Source of the DNA: Acidobacteriota bacterium
Lineage (GTDB): Bacteria; Acidobacteriota; Terriglobia; Terriglobales; Acidobacteriaceae
Assembly: GCA_028872955.1 (NCBI GenBank)
Contig: JAGWNX010000004.1
Coordinates: forward strand, 26,075-90,074
DNA: 64,000 nt
Reading direction: 5' to 3'
Position 1 is the stretch's first letter, and every line of letters begins with the position of its first letter. The position numbers and the translations under genes are program-made. The notes under the pieces are model-generated. The model saw only the letters and a list, made by a program, of their open reading frames with translations, was not told where the DNA came from and searched no databases. Of this stretch, positions 43,321 to 52,889 are shown piece by piece.

Positions 43321-43790
43321 AGCCTCTTTATGTTCTTCTGACTATCCTCTTTTCCTGCGCTGCCCAAGGGCAGACAGCTCGCGCCTTCTCCGAGCAGTGT
43401 GTGCAACGATATGCCTCCCTCTACCACATCGAGCCGGAAATAATCGCGGCCTTCATTGATGTGGAATCTGGCTGGAACCCGCGCGCCCTGTCTCCCAAAG
43501 GTGCCATGGGTCTCCTGCAACTCATGCCTGCAACAGCCACGCGCTTCGGGGCCTTTGACCCATTCAATCCAGAGCAGAACATAGCCGCCGGCACACGCTA
43601 CATCACCAGGTTAATGTGGGAGTTCCACGGCGATCTGCGGCTCGTTGCCGCAGCCTACAACGCCGGGGATAAGTGGGTGGGCAAGTGGCTCCTCGACTAT
43701 CGCAATCCCGACGTCGTTGCCTACGTCACCGCAGTCCGTAGGCGTTACATCCTCCGCCGTATGGCGGCATACCCACAGCCCAGGAGATAG
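43317..43790 (+). CDS. Lytic transglycosylase (SLT, VirB1-like)
   Basis: IDVESGWNP..SPKGAMGLLQLMP, AAAYNAG; signal peptide. Confidence 0.92.
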   Translation: MKPLYVLLTILFSCAAQGQTARAFSEQCVQRYASLYHIEPEIIAAFIDVESGWNPRALSPKGAMGLLQLMPATATRFGAFDPFNPEQNIAAGTRYITRLMWEFHGDLRLVAAAYNAGDKWVGKWLLDYRNPDVVAYVTAVRRRYILRRMAAYPQPRR

Positions 43791-43793
43791 ACC

Positions 43794-44723
43794 ATGAAAC
43801 TTCGTTGGCTCATTCCAATCGCTTTCCTGCTCCCCATACGGTCATTCGCTGCAGATGACCAGCATGGCCGTGTAACCACTCTCACTATCCAACCCGGTGC
43901 GATCACACAGCTCCATCTGCGACCAGAGTTCGAATCCGTCATTCACCTGCCGGAGGAGGTCACTTCCGTGGTCGTCGGTAGTCCAGGCTCCTTCCATGTG
44001 GAGCACAGCGAAGCTGAACCCGCCTTCGTCTACGTGAAGCCTGCGGTGCGCGCCGCGACGCAGAGCGATCTGCTTATCGCAATGAAGTCAGGCCAACACG
44101 TCATGCTGGAGCTGATCAGCGACGGCGATGGTGCCCCTGCGACGCAGGGTGTCGACTTCCTTCTGGACTACGAGCCCCGCAAGACGTTCGTCGTGTTTGC
44201 TGCGCCTCCGGAGTCGGATGGCTCGGCCTCATCATCTCGGCTGAGCGGGGTCAAAACGAATGGGAAGGCAACCTCTCTGTCTCCGATCGATCAGGCGCTC
44301 GCATTCCAGAGCAGCATCAATGCCCCGTCGTGGATGAGGTGGGATGGTCAGCAGATCCAGACGTCGCTTGGCGACATCCGGCAGTTGGGGAATCAGACAC
44401 TAATTGCATATTCGATCCTCAACGCGGGCGATCATGCGGTGGAGATTGTGGCGCCGCAGATCCAAATGGACGGTCGCAAGTCAAAGAAGAGCAAAGGCAA
44501 GAACATTCTCTCGGACCAGCTCCAGGTGCGAAGTTACCGGCTCACGGCTACGAGGCTTGAGCCCGGCGCGCGCGCCGATGGTGTTCTGCTCTTCGACCGG
44601 CCGAACTTCAAGTCGTCTATGGACAATCTCTTTCTTCAACTGGCGCAGGCGGATCAAGTCGACCGTCCGGTTCTTGTGAGGCTGCCGTTCACCCCACCCC
44701 TTGTCGCAAACAACAAGCACTAG
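43794..44723 (+). CDS. VirB9/TrbG/TraK-like secretion channel protein
   Basis: Signal peptide, ESVIHLPEEV.SVVVGSP..F.VE..VYVKP; lies directly before the VirB10-like gene. Confidence 0.6.
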   Translation: MKLRWLIPIAFLLPIRSFAADDQHGRVTTLTIQPGAITQLHLRPEFESVIHLPEEVTSVVVGSPGSFHVEHSEAEPAFVYVKPAVRAATQSDLLIAMKSGQHVMLELISDGDGAPATQGVDFLLDYEPRKTFVVFAAPPESDGSASSSRLSGVKTNGKATSLSPIDQALAFQSSINAPSWMRWDGQQIQTSLGDIRQLGNQTLIAYSILNAGDHAVEIVAPQIQMDGRKSKKSKGKNILSDQLQVRSYRLTATRLEPGARADGVLLFDRPNFKSSMDNLFLQLAQADQVDRPVLVRLPFTPPLVANNKH

Positions 44724-44737
44724 AGAGGAGCAGTTCT

Positions 44738-46003
44738 ATGAACCCGAATCAAAACGGTAATTTCCTAAATACAGAGTCCATGGAAGACCAGACTGTTCTT
44801 TTCGAACACTCAGAAACCCCGGCGAAATCGGAACCCGTCGCAGAACCACAAGAGGAGTCTCTGAAATGGGCAACGCGAGCCGATGCGCTGAAGACCGCGG
44901 CAACAGGTCGCAAACCTATTCTGCTGCTCGTCGGAAGCCTCGCAGCAGCAATTGTGTTGTTTGCGGTCACGAGCTTCGTCGGAAAGGTGCCCCACAGGAA
45001 AGTGCCGGCGCCTTCACAGAACAGCACTGAGAGTGCCGCACCCGCTAAACCCAAAGGGAGTGTCACACCTCTGATGGATACAGTGCGAAATCCCACCCAG
45101 AGCAACACCGCTGGACAGCTCACACCAGCCGATATCAACCGAACCAAGGCCAGCACAGGAACCCGGCCCACACCGACGTCCTCGCAGACGTCGTCGCGCC
45201 CGGCTTCCTCAACCGACACAACGCTGGCCTCGGTACCGCCCTTCGAATCCACGCAACAGCACTGGGAAGAACCGAGACCGTATGGCGACACGCAGGCGCC
45301 CCCACATCCTGCTGCTGCGGGGACACAGCAGAACCTGTTGAAAGAAGCTTCGCTTGTGTTCGTGAAGAAGTTGGAGCAGAACACCGCCAATAATGCGTCC
45401 GGGGGAACGAACAGCAATGACGTTACCCCAGAGCTGAACCTGACACCAGGGACGCGGGTTCAAGCGAGGCTTGAGACGCAGGCTTCAAGCGCTGTGACGG
45501 CACCGGTCGTCGCCGTCGTCGAATACACCTACTCTCTAGGCGATCGCATTGTGATCCCAGCGGGAGCCCGGGTCTACGGCCAGCTTCAGCAGGCCGATCG
45601 AAGTGGCGCGGTGAGTATCAAATTCAACGAGATCGAACTGTTGGACGGCAACCGGGAAAAGATCGAAGCGATCGGGACAAGCCTTGAACTGGGGCCGATC
45701 AAAGGGACGGTATCAGGGAAGAACACGGGGAAGAACTTCCTCGTGCGCACCGCCTCCGGAATTGGATCGGTCGCTGCGATGCTAGTGGGAAACAACACCA
45801 GCACTGCCTTCTCTCAGGATGACCTCATTCGTGAACGCATTGCGCAAAACATGGGCAATGCGGGCGATACGGAGATCATGAACATGGCCGTCACCAATCA
45901 CATCGTCGTTTCGTTGCCGGCGGACACGCCGATATACATCGTCTTCACTAAGCGTGAGGCGGCCTCGACACCCTCTCATCCTTCAACAAGCGCAAAACCA
46001 TAG
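44738..46003 (+). CDS. VirB10/TrbI/TraB-like protein
   Basis: Single TM helix, P/T/S-rich linker, PGTRVQARLET..PVVAVVE..IPAGARVYG C-terminal domain. Confidence 0.75.
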   Translation: MNPNQNGNFLNTESMEDQTVLFEHSETPAKSEPVAEPQEESLKWATRADALKTAATGRKPILLLVGSLAAAIVLFAVTSFVGKVPHRKVPAPSQNSTESAAPAKPKGSVTPLMDTVRNPTQSNTAGQLTPADINRTKASTGTRPTPTSSQTSSRPASSTDTTLASVPPFESTQQHWEEPRPYGDTQAPPHPAAAGTQQNLLKEASLVFVKKLEQNTANNASGGTNSNDVTPELNLTPGTRVQARLETQASSAVTAPVVAVVEYTYSLGDRIVIPAGARVYGQLQQADRSGAVSIKFNEIELLDGNREKIEAIGTSLELGPIKGTVSGKNTGKNFLVRTASGIGSVAAMLVGNNTSTAFSQDDLIRERIAQNMGNAGDTEIMNMAVTNHIVVSLPADTPIYIVFTKREAASTPSHPSTSAKP

Positions 46004-46316
46004 TGGTAGATGTTCAAGGGTCAGCATGAGCCTCAGCTTCGGCTGGGGCTTCACTTTGCCTAATTGTCCGAATAGTTGAAGCACCGTGCACGTTGCCCAA
46101 ATCAAGCGCTTCTTGATCATCGTGCAGAATGACGAATTGTTCCCCGGTATATTTCAATGCGCAGAATGACGGATTGTCGGGCTCGGTTCAGATTACATCG
46201 CCGAGGATGCCCCATCTATCGGGTATGCGGTGCTCAACCAGCCACACCTAAAAGATTGCTGGACCAGAATAGATACAGGACTGCGCTGTGAGCCCCTAAC
46301 GGCTCGACAAGGATAT

Positions 46317-46664
46317 TCAAGCCAGGTACTTCGAGACCTTATAAGCCACTGCCCCGATCACTTCCTTCCACTTCCAATCGATCTTTCCTTCGACTTTGAG
46401 GCGTCTGATTCCGCTTTCCTTCCATGCCTCTTCAATCGTCGGCGAGTATACGGAGAGTTCGAAGATCGTCATCGACCTCTGTGCACGCTCGGGCAGAGTA
46501 CGAATGTATTCTGACTCAAGTTCCTGCTTCAGCTCTGTCGCGCCGCTACGAATCGCAGCCTCTGAAATCGGGTCCGGGGGCAGTTGTTCAAGCAAGCGCA
46601 GAATCTCAGCACACTGCTTACCGATCAGTCGGAGCCTTTGGGACGCTTCTTCCTTCTTCATCGA
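46317..46664 (-). CDS. Hypothetical helical protein (115 aa)
   Basis: Open frame with protein-like composition in a lower-GC stretch. Confidence 0.55.
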   Translation of the reverse strand, partial: SMKKEEASQRLRLIGKQCAEILRLLEQLPPDPISEAAIRSGATELKQELESEYIRTLPERAQRSMTIFELSVYSPTIEEAWKESGIRRLKVEGKIDWKWKEVIGAVAYKVSKYLA

Positions 46665-46836
46665 ATAGTCAATCCCTATCAAGCCAGCTTCTTAAGTTTA
46701 CGGAACAAGAACGTTCGCCGCGGACTTCTACTACCGGATCGAAGCAGGACTTGCGACGGCAACCGAAACCAATCATCATGCACCGTGACTCCATTTTCCC
46801 GGTGGTGGGCCAATCTCCGCAATCATCGACCGTTCG

Positions 46837-47043
46837 TCAAGGTCTGTCATTGTGCACCGTGGCTAATTGTCCCGCCGCGTATGGCAATGTGCGTACTGCC
46901 GTATCTACCTCATCGATGAATCGATCTGCGCAATGACCAATTAGCCGTCGTTTTGTGTCACGCTGCATTGCGCCCGATTGTCCCTCCGCATCAAGCAATA
47001 TGCACTGCGCACCGTTTGTTGTCCGCATGTATCCAATCCGCAC
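46837..47043 (-). CDS. Possible small hypothetical protein (68 aa)
   Basis: GTG start with upstream AAAGGG; no recognisable motif. Confidence 0.3.
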   Translation of the reverse strand: MRIGYMRTTNGAQCILLDAEGQSGAMQRDTKRRLIGHCADRFIDEVDTAVRTLPYAAGQLATVHNDRP

Positions 47044-47215
47044 TATGACCCTTTCTAGAGCGCCGCTAGGGCATTTTCCAATGTTTTCCTAAATTTATAG
47101 GCGATTCACGTTCTCCGAATCATAGATCACCAGGACATTTGCTCCCCTTTTCCCATTTCTGCGGACCAGATTGGCCCCTCTCCATACTCTGAACGACGAT
47201 TTCCAAGTTCTCTTC

Positions 47216-47236
47216 GATTTGACCGAGTTTGCGTTT
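47216..47236 (+). promoter_or_regulatory. Third copy of the element-specific 21-bp motif, upstream of the pilin/virB4 operon
   Basis: GATTTGACCGAGTTTGCGTTT, starting 79 nt before ATG 47295. Confidence 0.7.
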
Positions 47237-47294
47237 GGCTCGATGTTTCTCTCGACACGGATGCCCAGAGCAGCCGAGTCCAGGAGAGATAGCT

Positions 47295-47723
47295 ATGACA
47301 ACCGCACTCACCTTTTGGCGGCCTGCTCGCAAATCCGCCAACTCCGTCTCCACCATTCAGCGCCCAAACAGCACCAGTTGGCCGCATCTCTTCCTGAAGA
47401 TCGCGCTCATGTTCATGCTCGTCGGCGCTTTCCTGCCCTTTGCCGCACACGCACAGAACCTCGGAACCTCTCCTCAGTTCGGGCAGGCGGTCCAGGGCCA
47501 GCAGGCCACAACCGTCGAGGGGACAGTTCTTAACATCGTGAACTGGGGCTGCAACGTGATTGCTCCGGTGATTGCGATTGCCTGCCTTGGCGTCGCCGGC
47601 TGGCACTTCAAGTCGGGTCGCGGCTACATGGGCTGGGGAGTGACAGGGGTCGCTTTGATGGTCATCTCTGGGCTGGGACGTATGGCCGAGGGCTTCATCA
47701 CCCAGGCCGGGTCGATTCAATAG
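47295..47723 (+). CDS. VirB2/TrbC-like pilin
   Basis: Long signal peptide ending AHA-Q, then a hydrophobic hairpin VNWGCNVIAP...ALMVISG; first gene of the virB-like operon. Confidence 0.65.
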   Translation: MTTALTFWRPARKSANSVSTIQRPNSTSWPHLFLKIALMFMLVGAFLPFAAHAQNLGTSPQFGQAVQGQQATTVEGTVLNIVNWGCNVIAPVIAIACLGVAGWHFKSGRGYMGWGVTGVALMVISGLGRMAEGFITQAGSIQ

Positions 47724-47734
47724 GGGCGACTGCG

Positions 47735-48397
47735 ATGCCTGTGCCGCAATTCCTTTCCGACCTGCTTCAACTGCTGTTTGACCTCGCGGTCCCAGCTGCG
47801 TTCTGCACGCTGGCGGCCGCGGGCGTCAGCCTGAGAGCAGAGGGCGGAACGAACTTTCACATTGACGGGAAGTTTGGGAAGTGGATTCTTTGGACTGTCG
47901 TTCTGTTGACGATTCCACAGATCCTTTCCTGGGTTGCGGCACAAGGCATCACCGTTCCATCCGCAAGTGGCTCGGTCGGCACGAGCTGGCTGGCGAGCAT
48001 CGAATCGCTCTTCAAGAACTTCGTGAACGACATTGTTGTCGCGAAGCTGGTTCCATTACTCGCTGCGTACTTCGTGCTCAAAGCGACACTCGACGGAGCT
48101 GCCGGAGAGAGTCCCCTCGGATCGATCGTTGCTGCTCTATTCCTGATGTCCATCAGTGCCACGATGCAGCTTTTCCAAGGTTGGAACTCGGGAGGAGAAT
48201 ATGCGACGACCGACATGCTTGGCTCGCTGTGGAACTACATCGCCGACAAGATCATGCCCTCTGCGGCCGGCCTTGCGTGTATTGGGGCGGTCATCAACTT
48301 CGTCCGTCATCGTCCCTGGACACGTTTGATCTTCGCTGCAATCGCATTCCTGAGCGTGACAGGACTTGTAAAGCTGTTTCAGGCCATGGCCGCTTAG
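47735..48397 (+). CDS. Membrane protein with three pilin-like modules
   Basis: Three hydrophobic hairpin units; the last (LWNYIADKIMP...AFLSVTG) clearly resembles the pilin. Confidence 0.7.
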   Translation: MPVPQFLSDLLQLLFDLAVPAAFCTLAAAGVSLRAEGGTNFHIDGKFGKWILWTVVLLTIPQILSWVAAQGITVPSASGSVGTSWLASIESLFKNFVNDIVVAKLVPLLAAYFVLKATLDGAAGESPLGSIVAALFLMSISATMQLFQGWNSGGEYATTDMLGSLWNYIADKIMPSAAGLACIGAVINFVRHRPWTRLIFAAIAFLSVTGLVKLFQAMAA

Positions 48398-48411
48398 AAA
48401 AGGAGAACCCG

Positions 48412-48867
48412 ATGAGTCTCGATGGAGCTATTACAAATCTCGCATCCTGGGGCGGCAACGTCATCATGCCAACGCTGGCGGGCGGTTTCTTTTCCTTCGC
48501 CGTGTACCGCTACAGCAAAGGCGGACCGTTCGAACAGCACCTCTACGGTGGATTCGCATCTCTCATGTGCTCCGGAATCCTCCGTGCTCTCGAGGGCTTT
48601 GTCCAGCACGCCGGACCAACCAGTGCGGACGGCTACTGGACGGCGCTGATGAGTCTCGTCAACTACACAGCCAATGTCATTCTGCCGGTTTTTGCGCTTA
48701 CGCAGCTCGCGGCAATGGCCCTTCATATGGGGGGAGTGCTCGACCAGATCTATCCGGGCTCGACATGGATTCGTAAGTTCGTGGCAGCGATCGGGGCCTT
48801 GATGGTCTCTGGCATCGTGCGTCTGGCCGAGTCGATGGTGACACAAGCGCACGGGATTGGAGGATGA
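48412..48867 (+). CDS. Membrane protein with two pilin-like modules
   Basis: AAGGAG SD; ASWGGNVIMP...SLMCSG and VNYTANVILP...ALMVSG units. Confidence 0.75.
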   Translation: MSLDGAITNLASWGGNVIMPTLAGGFFSFAVYRYSKGGPFEQHLYGGFASLMCSGILRALEGFVQHAGPTSADGYWTALMSLVNYTANVILPVFALTQLAAMALHMGGVLDQIYPGSTWIRKFVAAIGALMVSGIVRLAESMVTQAHGIGG

Positions 48868-48869
48868 CC

Positions 48870-49214
48870 ATGAGTCTCGATCTCACACCTGTTCATCGCA
48901 ACCTGCACACCAAAGTGACATTCCTGGGCCTCGAGTTCGAGGACCTGATCTTCGTGCTCGCCCTGGCAGCACTAATGAATCTGCTGGCTCATTTCGTCGG
49001 CGGAGAGAGCCACATCCTGGGCATGCCGCTCAACGTCTTCATGGAATTCGTCGTGCCTTTTCTGGCCGTGCCGTTCCTCATGCTCTTCAAGTACGGCAAG
49101 CCGAGGGGCTACCTCCTCGATCTTGTGCGCTCTGTCTTTGCCCCCAAGGCCTGGTGTGCACTTGAGCGAGATTCCGAACTGGTGCAGCCTTATCTCGCAG
49201 AAGAGGAGGAATGA
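48870..49214 (+). CDS. VirB3/TraL-like membrane protein
   Basis: TPVHRNL..TFLGLE, two TM helices, KYGKPRGYL; upstream of virB4. Confidence 0.6.
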   Translation: MSLDLTPVHRNLHTKVTFLGLEFEDLIFVLALAALMNLLAHFVGGESHILGMPLNVFMEFVVPFLAVPFLMLFKYGKPRGYLLDLVRSVFAPKAWCALERDSELVQPYLAEEEE

Positions 49215-49217
49215 GCG

Positions 49218-49415
49218 ATGCGAGCACACGTCACAGCACAGCCAGATGGAAGCATTCTCCTCCGCATGGATGTCGAGGCGGCACGGGCCACGTTTGCCAG
49301 TGTTGTCTTTGCCTCCCGATATAACGACGGCGTACGCGGTCTGGAGGAGATCGCGAAGCACGCCCTAGAAGACATACTGGAATCCACCGATCGGAGACAT
49401 GCGACATGCCGATGA
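49218..49415 (+). CDS. Small hypothetical protein (65 aa)
   Basis: GAGGAGG SD; fills the gap and overlaps the virB4 start. Confidence 0.55.
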   Translation: MRAHVTAQPDGSILLRMDVEAARATFASVVFASRYNDGVRGLEEIAKHALEDILESTDRRHATCR

Positions 49416-52054
49416 CCTATGCCGAACACGACAAGAAGATGAAAGCTCCCGCTATGTGCGAACTGTTGCCCCTCCGCGATCTGCCTGAGGGAGACAACGT
49501 GATCGTTCGCACGAACGGCTCATTCGTTGCGGGGTACGAGTTGAAGGGGGTGCTCTCGTACTTCGCGACGGATGGGGAGAGGAACCATGCGAAATCCTCG
49601 CTGGAGGCGCTGTTCCGCGGCATCCCCGACGTCAGCATGCGCGTACAGTTCCGCTACGAGATCGCGGAGCACCTCAACGGACTGATTGACGAGTACGTGC
49701 ACGCACAGCGAACCGATCAGGCGGAGATGATGGCGCTCGACGCCCACCGTGTCTGCAGATGGAGGGAGAAAGAGGCGGAGGGTGCGTACTTCCAGAATCG
49801 TCTCCACGTGTATTTCGTCTGGGACCCTCGGATCCATGCCAAGCTCTACCATTCGGTGGAACAGAATCGAAAGCTCGGCGGTTTCACTTTCAGCCAAAAG
49901 AAGGCCATCCAGAGAACACGCAAGGAACACGAAACGTATCTTGCCGAATTCGAGTCGATCCTTCGCGGTATTGAGAACTCCCTCGAGACCGAAGAAATCG
50001 GCCCACGCCGGCTGCTGACGCAGGAACTCTTCGAAGAGTTACAGTCGGCGCAGCATCCACGACGTCGCGATCGGAGGCCCTATATCCCAGGCGAGGAGAT
50101 GCTCTCGTATCGCAGCGCGCGGGATCAGGCCACCCATGCCAGCATCCTGAACGAAACCGAGAACTACCTCAATATCGACGGGTATCTGTACTCGGTTGTG
50201 AGCCTCAAGGAGCTGCCGGATGCGACCTTTCCTGGCATGTTGCAGAAGTTTTCGACACTAGGCTTTCCGTTGGTTATCAGCGGCCAGGTGGAGATTCCAG
50301 ACCAAGTGAAGATTCTGAAGGCGTATAAGAAGCGCCTCCAGAAGATGACCGCAGCGCAGAAGGACGCTAACGGAAACTTCAAGTCGAACCCGGAGGCCGA
50401 AGTTGCTCAGGCACAGCTCATTCAGGTGCAGCGCGACATCATCTCTTCCTCTTTGAAGACCGCGAAGTTGAGCCTCTCGGTAGTAGTGCGTACTTCCCAT
50501 GAAGCCGTCAGCTTCCGCGACCTAGAGTCGGCAGAGCGTGAGATCTCCAACCGAACACAAGAAGTCCTGAACGCTTTCACCCATATGAACGGGGCGCGTG
50601 GTGTCGTCGAAACCATTGCGAAGCGGCGCATCTTCATCGGGACCCTTCCAGGGATGGGTGAGACGGACAAGCGGGAGCAGGACATGCTTACCCCAAATGC
50701 TGCGGATCTGGTTCCGGTGGAGATGCCGTGGACAGGCACGCGAAAGAGCCCGCTGATGCTGTTCGAAACGCCGTACCGGCAGCTGATCCCGTACTCGATG
50801 TTCGATCCCGATCTGTCGGACGCCAATGGCCTCTTGATGGCAAAAACGGGTGGTGGCAAGACTCTGGCGGCCCAACAGATGCTCTTGATGGCTGCGCGCA
50901 ACAATGCCCGCGTCTCCATTCTCGAAAGCGGCGATTCCTATCGGCCCCTGGTTGAGCTGATGGGTGGCGAGATGGTCCAGATGTCGCTCGACAGCACACA
51001 GACGATCAACCCGTGGGATCTGCTGCATGGTGAGACGAAGCCATCGAACGACCAATTGGCATTCCTCAAGAATCTGACCCGCCACATGCTTGGGGAGAAC
51101 ACGCCACCTGACCTGGATATCGATCTGTTGGATAGCGTGCTGCTGGAGGCAATCACCTCCACGTACAAACGTTGCAGGGCCAAGAGCTCCAATCCAATAC
51201 CCCTCTACTCGGATCTCGCTGCGGAACTAGCCCACTGGCAGGACCGTGACAAGAATCAGAAGATCAATGAAATGGCACGCCTCGCGGCAATGAAGCTGCG
51301 CGCATGGGTCGATGACGGCCCCTATGCCAAGCTCTTCGATCGTCCTACGACCGTACGGCTCGACAGCCCGTGGCTCTATTTCAATGTGGAGAAGCTGAAG
51401 GATGATTCCCGGCTCGAACGTGCCATGAGCCTGAAGGTCGCTCATGCGGCGACTCATCGCGGCTCGGGGAGCGACGGCCTCCCGAACATCACGCTGCTCG
51501 ATGAGTGCTGGGCCATGCTCGAGTCGCCGATTCTTGCCTCCGTTGTCGTTCAGCTCTTCCGGACAGCACGCAAACGCTACGGCAGCGTATGGGGAATCAG
51601 TCAGACGCCGGAGGACTTCGTCGGAACGAAGGATAAGCCCAATCCCTTCGGCGCAGGCATCGTCAAGAATGCTTCCACCAAGATCATTGGCAAACAGCCC
51701 GGCGACATGACGACACACCGCGAGTACATGAACCTCAACGAAACGGCCATCAACCAAATCAAAGCCTTCGCGCAGCCGAAGAAGGGGCACAGGGCTGAGT
51801 TCCTGATCGCAATCGGTGAAAAGGCCGAGTCAACGCATGTCATCCGGATCGCGCCGACACCGGTGGACTACTGGATCACGACGACTTACCCGCGGGAACG
51901 CGTGTATCGGAAGTGGTGGCTGAATGCCCACACAGACGTTCCTCTTTTGTCTGCCTATGAGGGCCTTGCAAGCCTCTATCCACGCGGCCTGGCCGATCTT
52001 GCGCCTCTTCCTGAGGAGATGTCCGGAGAGGTTCTGGAGGTGAAAACCCTATGA
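49406..52054 (+). CDS. virB4: VirB4 family conjugal transfer ATPase
   Basis: Walker A AKTGGGKT, INPWD, Walker B LLDECW, RTARKRYG..ISQ; 882 aa. Confidence 0.88.
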   Translation: MPMTYAEHDKKMKAPAMCELLPLRDLPEGDNVIVRTNGSFVAGYELKGVLSYFATDGERNHAKSSLEALFRGIPDVSMRVQFRYEIAEHLNGLIDEYVHAQRTDQAEMMALDAHRVCRWREKEAEGAYFQNRLHVYFVWDPRIHAKLYHSVEQNRKLGGFTFSQKKAIQRTRKEHETYLAEFESILRGIENSLETEEIGPRRLLTQELFEELQSAQHPRRRDRRPYIPGEEMLSYRSARDQATHASILNETENYLNIDGYLYSVVSLKELPDATFPGMLQKFSTLGFPLVISGQVEIPDQVKILKAYKKRLQKMTAAQKDANGNFKSNPEAEVAQAQLIQVQRDIISSSLKTAKLSLSVVVRTSHEAVSFRDLESAEREISNRTQEVLNAFTHMNGARGVVETIAKRRIFIGTLPGMGETDKREQDMLTPNAADLVPVEMPWTGTRKSPLMLFETPYRQLIPYSMFDPDLSDANGLLMAKTGGGKTLAAQQMLLMAARNNARVSILESGDSYRPLVELMGGEMVQMSLDSTQTINPWDLLHGETKPSNDQLAFLKNLTRHMLGENTPPDLDIDLLDSVLLEAITSTYKRCRAKSSNPIPLYSDLAAELAHWQDRDKNQKINEMARLAAMKLRAWVDDGPYAKLFDRPTTVRLDSPWLYFNVEKLKDDSRLERAMSLKVAHAATHRGSGSDGLPNITLLDECWAMLESPILASVVVQLFRTARKRYGSVWGISQTPEDFVGTKDKPNPFGAGIVKNASTKIIGKQPGDMTTHREYMNLNETAINQIKAFAQPKKGHRAEFLIAIGEKAESTHVIRIAPTPVDYWITTTYPRERVYRKWWLNAHTDVPLLSAYEGLASLYPRGLADLAPLPEEMSGEVLEVKTL

Positions 52055-52878
52055 AGACCACTCGGATTCCTCAGCTCATCAGCTCACTCGGAAATCGCTC
52101 GTTCAAGACGCTCCTGCCGAAGACCAGGCCGAAGTGCATCGCCGTTATGGCCGGGCTCGTCGGGATTGCGCTCGCCTTGCCTACGCCGGCACATGCCGAT
52201 ATTCTAGGCGTCTTTGATTCGATCTTTTCGACCATTCAGAGTGACATGGGTGCATCCCTGAAGGCCATCAACCAGATGACGCAGGAGATCCAGCAGCTGT
52301 ATCAGGAAACCGTGTGGCCGCTCGCGATGGTGAATCAGGCGCGTGGGTTTGTCTCTAATTCCATCACCAGCTACCGCAGCTACATGACGCAGGTCTTTCA
52401 GCTTTCTTCCCCAAGTGCGACATTGGCAAACCCACAGCAACTGGAGACGATTCTGCATAGCCGGACCAGTACTCAGATTCCGGCACTCCAAACCAGTTTC
52501 ACGACGAACTATGGAAGTGTCCCCGCAGTCAATGTCGCCTCGCCACAGGATCGCGTGATGATCGACATCGACGATGCGCTTGGGCAGGAAAACCTTAAGA
52601 CCACACTCATCGCCGACCAAGGACAGGACCTGGTACTTGCCACGGCGAATCAGATGGAGAATCAGGTTGCGGTCAGTGCACCTGGCTCCACTCCTTTCCT
52701 TACGGCACAGGCACAAGTTGCCAATCTTCGCTGCCAGGCTTTCATGCAGAAGATGCTCGCTGCGGAACTGCGGCAAGAGGCGGGGCGCATCGCGCACGAC
52801 AACGTCCTCATCAAGCGGCGTGCCACTTCAGCCGGCAACCTAAACCAATTTGTGTCGGGGTCCCTGACTCACCAGTAA
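52051..52878 (+). CDS. Secreted VirB5/TrbJ-like protein 1
   Basis: Signal ending AHA-D, helical and Q-rich, positioned between virB4 and virB6-like genes. Confidence 0.55.
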   Translation: MKTTRIPQLISSLGNRSFKTLLPKTRPKCIAVMAGLVGIALALPTPAHADILGVFDSIFSTIQSDMGASLKAINQMTQEIQQLYQETVWPLAMVNQARGFVSNSITSYRSYMTQVFQLSSPSATLANPQQLETILHSRTSTQIPALQTSFTTNYGSVPAVNVASPQDRVMIDIDDALGQENLKTTLIADQGQDLVLATANQMENQVAVSAPGSTPFLTAQAQVANLRCQAFMQKMLAAELRQEAGRIAHDNVLIKRRATSAGNLNQFVSGSLTHQ

Positions 52879-52889
52879 AGGAGGCAATA

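Noticed and set aside
46124-46177. 17-bp repeat pair as a mini CRISPR array
   Set aside because: There are only two short copies with a 20-nt spacer, no palindrome and no cas genes. It is kept only as a possible binding site.
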